In this document: positions 37,075-47,998 of the stretch, in pieces
Layout: each line of letters starts with the position of its first letter
Position numbering within the stretch: the stretch's first letter is position 1
From: Octopus sinensis
Taxonomy: Eukaryota
Reading direction: 5' to 3'
Assembly: GCF_006345805.1 (NCBI RefSeq)
Contig: NC_042999.1
Location: 35,588,001-35,652,000, forward strand
Length of the DNA stretch: 64,000 nt
Program-made: the position numbers and the translations under genes
The notes under the pieces: generated by a model
Seen by the model: the letters and a program-made list of their open reading frames with translations, nothing else
Told to the model about the DNA's origin: nothing
The model's database searches: none

Positions 37075-38705
37075 ATACGTCTGGCAAATATGTCCTGGCT
37101 TTTGTTGACATGGAGAAAGCCTTTGACAGTATCCCCTGATTCCTTATCTTGTGGTCAATGAGGAAACTAGGGACAAATGAGAGGTTAGTGAGAGCTGTAC
37201 AAACGGTGTACAGGAATGCTGTCAGTAAGGTGAGGGTTAGCAATGAGTATAGTGAAGAATTCCAGGTAGGAGTAGGGTGTCCACCAAGGATCATTCCTCA
37301 GACCCCTCTTATTCATTACAGTCCTCCAGACAATAACTGACAAATTCAAGACAGGATGCCCCTGGGAGCTACTGTATGCTGTTGACCTTGCCCTAATAGT
37401 GGAGTTACTAACAGAAGTAGAGAAGTTTCAGGTGTAGAAGCAATGTCTAGAATCAAAGGGCCTTAGAGTCAATCTAGCAAAAACCAAAGTCTTAGTAAAT
37501 AGAAAGGCAGACAAATCACAAATACCTTCAGGTAGATGGTCCTGCTTGATCTGTAGCAAAGGTGTAGGTAGAAACTCTGTAAGATGTACCCAGTGTAAGC
37601 TATTGACACATAAGAAGTGCAGCAATATCAGAGGAAGGTTAATGGGGAAGATAGTTTTTGTGTGTGGCAGATGCACAGTGGCACTAAACACTGAAAATGT
37701 GCAGAAAACAGCTTCCATCACATGCCAGGGAGAAAAACTAGAAGTAGTTGATAGCTTCTGTTACCTAGGTGACCAAGTCAGTAGCGGGAGTGGATGCTCT
37801 GAGAGTGTAGCTGCTAGAATAAGAATAGCCTGGGCAAAGTTCAGAGACCTCCTACCGCTGCTGGTAACAAAGGGCCTCTCACTCAGAGAGAAAGGTAGAC
37901 TGTATGACGCATGTGTATGAACAGCCATGCTACACAGCAGTGAAACATGGTCTGTGACTGCTGAGGACATGCGTAGGCTTGAAAGAAATGAAGCTAGTAT
38001 GCTCCGCTGGATGTGTAATGTCAGTGTGCATACACAACAGAGTGTAAGCGCCCTGAGTGAAAAGATGGACATAAGAAGCATCAGTTGTGGTGTGCAAGTG
38101 AGATAACTGTGCTAGTATGGTCATGTGTTATGCATGGATGAGGACAGCCGTGTGAAGAAGTGTAAATACGCTAAAGTAGAGAGAACCTGTGGAAGAGGAA
38201 GACATGGGATGAGGTAGTGAAGCACGACCTTCAAACGTTGGGCTACACAGAAGCAATGACAAACGACTGAGACCTTTGGAGATATGCTGTGCTTGAAAAG
38301 ACCCGGCAAGCGAAGTGGGATCGTAACTGTGGCCTCTGCCAGTGTTGCATAACCAACCCATTTAAGAGTACCCTTCAATCATCAGGCAATATGCTGTGCT
38401 TGAGAAGACCTGTTGAGTCAAGTGAAATCATTGTCATGGCCGATGCCAGTATTGCCTGACTGGTACATAAAAAGCACCATTCAAGCATGGTCGATGCCAG
38501 TACCGTCTGACTGGCTCTTGTGCTGGTGGCACGTAAAAAGCACCCACTACACTCTCAGAATGGTTGGCGTTAGGAAGGGCATCCAACTGCAGAAACCTTG
38601 CCAGATCAGATTGGATCCTGGTGCAGCCTCCTGGCTTGCCAGTCCTCAGTCAAACCGTCCAACCCATACCAGCATGGAAAACCGACATTAAGCGATGATG
38701 ATGAT
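37075..38705 (+). mobile_element. 5'-truncated RTE LINE (RT domain, C-terminus and complete 3' UTR with (GAT)n tail)
   Basis: AFVDMEKAFD, GV.QG, LLYA.DL, CSICSKGVG.NS..C..C, VDSFCYLG, AWAKFRDLLPLL; multiple stops. Confidence 0.9.
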
Positions 38706-40059
38706 GTATGTATGTATTCCACACCTTTTGGTTAATGGTCTTTTTAACACCATCACCACTTTGCACCTTAGTAAAGTCTACTCTGTTGCAAGCATTTAGG
38801 CCATTTATTGAGGATACCTTTGTCTCCCTTCTTCTCAACAGGAAGGGCTCTAAAGTTCCATCCAATCAAATGGAAAAAAAGAATACAAAAACAATGACAG
38901 ATCGACGTAGCTAGCTATCCACCAATCTATCTAAAACAATGAGCTTCCATATATTTCCCCAATCTAATTCATATCATTGGTCAGCCAGAGATCATAACGG
39001 AAGAAGCTTGGCCAGAGTGCACTGCAGTATAATCAAACCACAAAGTAGCTAAATGAACTTCTTAACCACAAAGCCATGCCTGAACCTGGTTATAGGTATA
39101 ATTAACTGTGGAATTTCACTATGAGCAACATATCCAGCAAATTGTTAGTTTATGTGATTTGGATGAGGTTATTATTTGTTGAGGTTACATTTAACGACAT
39201 CTAGAGATGACTTTGGGCAACTTATAAACTGTAGTACCTGCTTTGATTTGTTGATCATCTCGTTTATCCCAGGATAGCTGTACTTGAACAAAACCCTTCC
39301 GACCATGACCATCCAATCTTATTTTCGGGAATTTAGTATCTTGCCTACATTTTCATAGAAAATATCGTATCCCTCATTTAAGAGAGTAAGATGTTACCTG
39401 AAACGGTTTTGGCTGCTATTCTAACAGATCGATTGATTCACTGCATGATGGGTTCCTTGTTGATTCGTAATATCTATATTAATAGTTGAATATAGACTAT
39501 TCTTATTGGATAATCCATTCATTACAATTTGTGTCGGATGATGATGACGATAATCTCAGTACTCAATATAGTTACAGGCTCAACGTCACTACCCTTTTGT
39601 TATCTTGCCAGGTAATATTCAGAATACTTCTGATAGATACTTTGGTGGATATTAGTCAGGAACTTATTCCAGATTTCAAGGTACATGAGCGACTGAAAAT
39701 ATCAGACTCCTGGTCACCTGAACACAAAACCAGTTTACTTAATCCATAGTTATTGCCTTTTAGTCACTTCAACAAGAGTAGACTGGAGCAACATGTGGTA
39801 TATAGTGTCTTGCTGAAGGACAGAACCTTATAATACCTAAATCAACAGATTATGCGCTTTCATAACATTTACACATACATGTAACAGATTACGATGTTTA
39901 AAACGTTAGAGTTTTGACAAAGAGTATTATAAATATACTAAATAATATACATAAGTAAATATCAACACTAGTTATTATGAATCAGCAAAAGTTGAACTCA
40001 TTTTCCAATTCTGTCGTCTCTTGTGTCTGATTTTTCACACTCCCTATATTTAAATTTAC

Positions 40060-40330
<271 letters not shown>

Positions 40331-40514
40331 CAATCAGAAACAATCTGGAGGGATTCGGAAGTGGGAGTGGCGCCAGAAATTTTAAACTTATTCACTTCAC
40401 ATTTTTTAATGTACAGAATATGTAGTAAAAATGTGAAATGTGAAATGAAGCGCTCGTGTATCCAAGAGATCTTGAATTAAATCAACATAAATATTGGTGA
40501 TGTCACGATAGAGG

Positions 40515-40548
<34 letters not shown>

Positions 40549-40663
40549 GGAGAATAACTTAAGAAAATATAGATACCATTTACAACTTTTCAAAATTATT
40601 TTAAGAAAAATCGCAGAGAAGTTACCAATTAAAAAAATAACCATCGCCGTGTGGGTGTATATA

Positions 40664-40695
<32 letters not shown>

Positions 40696-41028
40696 TCTTA
40701 TTCATCTGAAATATTCTCCCAAGAAAATGCGACTGTATTCTGATTATCGTTAGCATTTGTAAGTGAATGTAAGGGCAAGAGTACACAAGTGTGTGTGTGT
40801 ATATATATAAAACACACACACAAGTATATGATGGAGTGATTTCATCACTACCCAGTTTGTCGGTTAGTGCGATCCACCATGCAACAGAAAGAAATGTCTT
40901 TTTAACGCATGAAGGATCACTGCACATAGCGTGAGACACTCAAGAGTTACGACCGAGTGAATCATCAACTTCGAACGGATAAATAAAATAAATGAATAAG
41001 CACTGATATATGCTTTTGTATCCCTCCA

Positions 41029-41085
<57 letters not shown>

Positions 41086-41499
41086 TTGTGTGTGTGTATG
41101 TATGTATGTTGGCTAGAAGTTGTTACGATTTCTAAAAAAAAAAAATAACCTCTGCAATCAAATTACATAAAATGGTATACAATGAAAAATATAAATACGA
41201 ACTACAGAAAGAAAGAAAAAAAAAACGCCAGGCTTATATAGTAAGCGATGGATTTTGGAGACAATAAAAGGAAATAAGAGAACCATGGATATTATATATA
41301 CAAGAACAGAGGCAATCTTGTTTTGGATAATTAATGAATTGAAACTTACTCTTTCGATGGACATGTTGTCAAATATTGTAGCATTATTCGGGTAATACAA
41401 TTAAAAAAAATCGTCCTGCCTTGAAGCAAATTATCATTACCCCATTGTTTATGAAAGGGTAAGAGAAGAGAGTAAAATAACAACAATAATGATATTAAA

Positions 41500-42001
41500 C
41501 TGTTTAAGCCTGTCAGGCCGTCTCTAACATTTCTTACTTGCCTGTAACCATTGACCTAACAGGTGATAGCAAAGGAATTACTTCCGTTAGGTCAAACCAC
41601 CAATATCACATCACTTTCAATAATAACAACAACAAAAATTACTTTTCCGGTTTAATTCGCAGTGAATATTTAAAAATAACAAACAAAAAAAAAACAAAGA
41701 AGTGAATTGAAATAACATATATTTTCAGGGAGATATTTTATTTATGAATAATTTATCTTATATTAACCAAGAAGAAATAAATTTATAATTTTTTTCATCG
41801 ATATCTCTTTTGCTTTTTTAAATCCATATCTTCTAAGTTTGTTGTGTCGTAGTTTTGTTGTGTCATCTACCTGTTATATATATTTGCTGCTCACTAGTTT
41901 CATGTCCAACTTCCAGTTTGATGTCAACAACGTAATCGTTTTTTTTTTTCACTGTAGACGAGTTGACTTTTCGGTCAATTACTGGGGAAAATAATTTCAC
42001 C
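41500..42001 (+). promoter_or_regulatory. probable UBXN4 promoter / 5' UTR region
   Basis: directly upstream of exon 1, largely free of interspersed repeats, CpGs relatively retained; CTTCCG (ETS-like) at ~41581. A T-tract plus AG at ~41958 could be the acceptor for a non-coding first exon. TSS not determinable. Confidence 0.45.
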
Positions 42002-42083
42002 ATGTTGTGGTACGAAGACTCGATAGCAAAAGCGATACAAATATCAAAGGATAGAAAATGTATCTTCCTAGTCTATGTATCTG
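42002..42083 (+). CDS. UBXN4: UBX domain-containing protein 4, coding exon 1 (MLWYEDSIAKAIQISKDRKCIFLVYVS-G)
   Basis: ttcaccATG context; donor G|GTAAGT; peptide resembles the recalled UBXN4 N-terminus (MLWFQGAIPAAIATAKRSGAVFVVFVAG). Confidence 0.9.
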
Positions 42084-45000
42084 GTAAGTCTTAATGGACA
42101 GAAGCAGAAAAAAATCTTCATTTCACGAATGCTTCGTGTTCTTCAATCGCAATTTTCTCTCTCTATCTCTCTTTATATTATAATAACTAAATGTATAAAG
42201 CCATTTTTATAATTTTCTGTGGCAACTACAGCAGTATTTGATCGAAATCCAGTTTAAATGTTTCTTTTCAGTAGATTTTACAGCAACGAATTTAGTCTAA
42301 GTATATAAAAAAAACCCAGAAATGTCGCGTTTTTGTCGAGTCACAGCTATTTCCTCTCAAGCTGAAATTTTCCCATCGATAATCTTAATCAATTAATCTG
42401 ACAAGGTAGTTTATATCCTCTGTATTATGCTATGCTGATGACAGCAGTTAAGATTTAAATTCAGAACCAAGTGAGACTAAACAGAATTCAATAAATTTAG
42501 CTCACCACTTTTGAGTTGATTATGTATGACACCATTAATTTTTATAATTATTAGTATTTATTAGTATTTCCTTGTGCATCTGCCACTTGTTCACTAATTT
42601 TCAAAACATCATTAACCTTTTGAATCGGGGCTAACGGTTAAAAAGTTGGTGGTTACCAACATTTTAACAGTTAGCCCTCATCCATAATTAAGTTTCTTTA
42701 TTGACCACACAGGGCTGCACACAGATGGGACAAGTTACAAGGTAGAGCTTTTCTTTGGGGGGGGGGGGATGGAAAAACAAAAAACAAAAGAAACAAAAAA
42801 AAAAAGAAAGGGGTGGCGTAGGTTTTCGATCAAGAGGGATCGTAAAAAGGAAGAAAAGAACAACAAAAAAAAATCTATAATTAACTTAGTTAACCCTTCT
42901 ATCAAGTCGTATCAAACTAATTGTCATCGCCCATCATCACCAGATTCCAGATTTTATCTCTAGTAGTAAATTTTATTTCGATTGTCGTTGCTTACGTCCA
43001 CGTCGAACCATTTTCAACTCAAATACTTTTAGAAAATACATTTTCCACCGTGACGTCATGTACACGTTTGTGTATATAACAACAGTAGTGGATAATTAAA
43101 GCAACATTGATTTAAATTTGTTCTTACGACTTCTTCGGGTTGGATAGTCAAGCATTTGAAACTTTCATATATTATTTTCACGGCGATCTTTCGTCTCTAG
43201 TAGACCTTTCCGTCGATTTCCGTAAAAGAATTTTTATTTTTTATATATGGGCTTGCGGGAATTTTTGAAGTAATATACATACATATACACATACACCGAG
43301 TAAAAAATTTCAGTTATCTCTTTCTTTCACACATTACTCTGTCTCTTCACACACACTAACAGAAGCACTTCACTTACACAACATACTGTCTGTGTCTCAC
43401 ACCCCATGAAACACACACACACATGTACATCAATGCTTGCCATGCACGGTAACTTCAAAAGAACTTCCCTCGTCATAAAATGGCTTTCTCTTAGTCTCTT
43501 TCGCTCTCATTACTTCAAAAGTTCCCGCAAGCCCATATGTAAAAAAAAAAAATTTTTTTACGGAAATCGACGGAAAGGTCTACTAGAGACGAAAGATTGC
43601 CATTTTCACTTTAATTTACTTGGAAACCGAAACAAAAATTTAACGTAACTTCAACAAATTCTTACAACCCTAACAACAACTAAGTTTTATCAGGATTTAT
43701 GCTTGACCTTCTGGAAAATACACACGTACACATACACACACATCCACTCACGAGGTTTAATCTGTGATAAGTCGTTTTTATACACTTATCATCCTTGTGA
43801 CATGTTCTATTTTCGAGCTGATTTCACCAGTTGAATTATTTCTGAAGAAACAAACGTCGGTTACTTATTTACCATTGGTTTATTAGCTTTGCCTATTTCT
43901 GTTCTAGCCAAAAGTTTAATCAATCATCATATAATTATTTCTACAAATGCCATTTTGTTGTTTCCACCAGCTGTTTCTTTTTGCAAGCAACAAACGAATC
44001 AACAACGGTTGCTTGACATGCTAGATATAGCAGCCATATCTATCCCAAATCACACCCCTACCATGATATATCATAGATTTTACAGCCCGAAAAGGGGGAA
44101 AAATGTCAAAACAAATACTTGAATTGCCTGATACATTTTGGAGTTTTGTGCATGCGCTTAAAATATGGGTCATGTGCATGCGCAAAGAAATTGTCACACA
44201 ACTATAGGTTTCCAACCGTGACCATTCCGTAAGGAGTCAGAATTTTTTTTTTTTTTCAGATTAGCATATATTAGGGAACGCTTTTGTTGATACTCACCCG
44301 AAACCCTAATCAATGACGTGTATCATAAATTAGGTTTATTGATTTTCACTGCGTATACAAAAACCAAAAGAAATCAGACTGCTAAGAATTCGTTTTGAAA
44401 AAATTTTGTTTTGAATCGTAAAATCTGGGATTATTATTCCCTCCCACCTTAAAAATTGAAAGGACACAATATACCATCTAAAGAGATATTGGATGGCCAT
44501 GGCTGGGATGTCATTGATCTTATGTCTGCTTGATCAGGCCGATATGAGATCAAACCTGTGGTGCACAAACTAATACCCCAATTTTGTTTTATTACACATG
44601 ACAATTTGCGTTCCTTTTCAGTCATCACTGCGCCCATCCCCTGAAATACTGGGCGGGGTAATGATATTTGAATCCCCGACGAAATAATAAAAGAAATGTT
44701 TTAATACATTTTCACTTTCTATAGTCATCTGAATAACGGAAGTTATAGCATTGTATTTTTTCCACTTTATCACTATTTGAGAGAAATACTGCTATATTAA
44801 TTTTGTTTGATAGTATTTACCATTTCTTCAATCATAACGTGCCAAACCATGCGTATTTATTTCTTCAGCTCTTCCTGAAAATTTTTCACTAATATTGTTT
44901 CTGGATTTGGCTAATTCGGAAATGAATTTTGAACAAATGATTCTTTATGTAGTTAACAGCTGAGGACCATACTCTTTACTCTTTACTCTTTTACTTGTTT

Positions 45001-45183
45001 CAGTCATTTGACTGCGGCCATGCTGGAGCACCGCCTTTAGTCGAGCAACTCGACCCCGGTACTTATTCTTTTTGTAAGCCCAGTACTTATTCTATCGGTC
45101 TCTTTTTGCCGAACCGCTAAGTGATGGGGACCGTAAACACACCAGCATCGGTTGTCAAGCAATGCTAGGGGGACAAACACAGA

Positions 45184-45233
<50 letters not shown>

Positions 45234-47998
45234 CATGACAGGCTTCTTTTAGTTTCCGTCTACCAAATCCACTCACAAGGCATTGGTCGGCCCGGGGTTA
45301 TAGTAGAAGACACTTGCCCAAGATGCCACGCAGTGGGACTGAACCCGGAACTATCTGGTTGGTTAGCAAGCTACTTACCACACAGCCACTCCTGCGCCTA
45401 TACTGTTGCTAAGTAGATACAAGCTGCTGGTGAATATAAGAAATTGGAAATTGTTGTAGATGTCTCTTAATAGACATGAAGAAATGGGATTGTCAAGAAA
45501 GAGAGAAAAAAAGTCAGCATATGATGGATATAGGCGTAGGAGTGGCTGTGTGGTAAGTAGCTTGCTTACGAACCACATGGTTCCAGGTTCAGTCCTACTG
45601 CGTGGCACCTTGGGCAAGTGTCTTCTACTATAGCCTCGGGCCGACGAAAGCCTTGTGAGTGCATTTGGTAGACAGAAACTAGTGTAAGGAACATAAATTG
45701 TGAAGGTTTGGTGGAAGATTTTAATTAAAAACTTATGAAAACAAGATATAAATACAGTAACGAAAGGGTTAAACCCTGTTTCACACGTTCTGAGTAATAT
45801 AAATAATATATATATGTGTGTGTCTGTGTTTGTCCCTCCCAACATCGCTTGGCAACTGATGCTGGTGTGTTTACGTCCCAGTAACTTATCGGTTCTGCAA
45901 AAGAGACCGATAGAATAAGTACTAGGCTTACAAATAAAAAGTCCTGGGGTCGATTTGCTCCACTAAAGGTGGTGCTCCAGCATGGCCGCAGTCAAATGAC
46001 TGAAACAAGTAAAGGAGTATATATTTCTCAAAATCTATGTTCCTTACACTAGCTTAATGATTTATGTTCCTTACACTAGCTTAATGATAACTAAGTTATT
46101 TTACTAAATTCTTTGTTATATTTAAAGTAATTGAAAGAAACACAGAGCATCTCAAAATAAATACAGTAACGAAAGGGTTAGACCCTGTTTCACACGTTCT
46201 GAGTAATATAAAGCTCCCCTATCATAAGTTGCAAGTTACTCTGGTGGTTGAAATAAAATGGGTAATATGTACCATATATGATGTGAGGACATCAAGGAAA
46301 TATGTTCTGTGTATCACTTGATACACTGGTCATACAAAGGGTTTAAGGAACCTCAGATATCAGTACAAAGTTAAACTAATTGATCACCAGCTATAAATGA
46401 GCTGATAATTAAATGGTTTCATTTAGTAAATATGCTTGCTCATAGGCAAAAAAAAGAAATTGTAACATTGAAGATATTTGCAGCTCATTTGCTGGCATCT
46501 GCCCATCAAAGTTGTCTGGTTGCATGCTGCCTCCACTCATGCACTCACAACTTACTCATCATCCCTATTGTGTATCCCACCTTCCTCCATCCTTCTGTGT
46601 TGTAGGTCTCTATCTCCTCCATCTCAACATGTGCTACCTAGGATCTTTGGGCTCCATACCTTCTTTTGCTAGATTGTTTTATCTCTAGGTTTGTTACTTA
46701 TCACTAGCTGATGTTGTGTTTGGTGCATTTTGCAATGGAGCAAAAGAATTAGTATTCACAACCATCTGTCTATCCCAGGAACTTTTTTAACCAATTACTC
46801 CAAAATATATTTATGCTGACATTACCCCCTTAATTTGAAAGGAAAAATATCCTAGATGCTTTGAATCCAAAAGGTCTATTGAATCTATTTATATAGAGAA
46901 TACAATTATAAATATAACAATTACAAAACAAATGTGATAAAATAGATTAATATGCTGATTATGAAACAAAAGGATTTTTCTAAAAAGCGTTTAAATCTAC
47001 TTAAACAAAGCAGAAACACATGTCAAAAAAATAAGGCGAAGGCAGATAATAGAAAACTGACAAATAATATCAGTTTAGTCACTTGACAATGCTTTAGCAA
47101 CCATATTGTTTGTAGTTCAAAATGATGTGACATATCCTAAACACATCCATTACATTGGACAGATGCAGTGTTGTCAGAAGAAAAATTTGTTGTAACAAGG
47201 AACACGTTTTTTATATGTCTAATGAGTCCTCATTACCCCCAAGAATTTTATTTTTACCCCACCTGGGGTAATTTTCTCTAGTTTTCTGATCCCTGGTCTA
47301 TCCATTTCTGCCTCAAAAATATGCCTACTACCCACCAACTCATCACTATTACCCATCTGGAAGAATTCTTACCTGTGTCCCTTAACTGAAAAATTTGGTT
47401 GAGGCTCTTCCTTATCTTATTTCTTGTACACAACATGCACTAAATGCCTTCACTCTAGCATCTCCTCAGTCTTTCCAGATCTGCCTTTCATCTTGCCAAT
47501 GCTGATGATAGCAGCCCTGATGTTTTATCACTTGATAGGGAGGAGAGAGTTTCCAGTGATGGGTGGGTAGATTGCTTTCTGTTTTCAAAATCTGGTGTGA
47601 TTTTTTTTTTAATGATATTTGAGGGATTTTCACATGCTCTTTTACTTGTTTCAGTCATTTGACTGTGGCCATGCTGGAGCACCGCCTTTAGTCGACCAAA
47701 TCGACCCCGGGACTTATTCTTTGTAAGCCCAGTACTTATTCTATCGGTCTCTTTTGCCGACGGGGACATAAACACACCAGCATCGGTTGTCAAGCAATGC
47801 TAGGGGGACAAACACAGATACACAAACATATACGACACACAAACACATACATATATACGACAGGCTTCTTTCAGTTTCCGTCTACCAAATCCACTCACAA
47901 GGCATTGGTCGGCCCGGGGCTATAGCAGAAGACATTTGCCCAAGATGCCACGCAGTGGGACTGAACCTGGAACCATGTGGTTAGTTAACAAGCTACTT

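Noticed and set aside
39398-39716. Minus-strand segment with acceptor and donor as a coding exon (similar cases at ~25880 and ~29660)
   Set aside because: Stops in all three frames; at most non-coding, and such signals arise by chance in AT-rich DNA.
45375-45845. 156-aa ORF and the many MLGGQTQTH / MSSNARGTNT / MLQHG ORFs
   Set aside because: They recur at every copy of the major SINE; non-coding repeat read-through.
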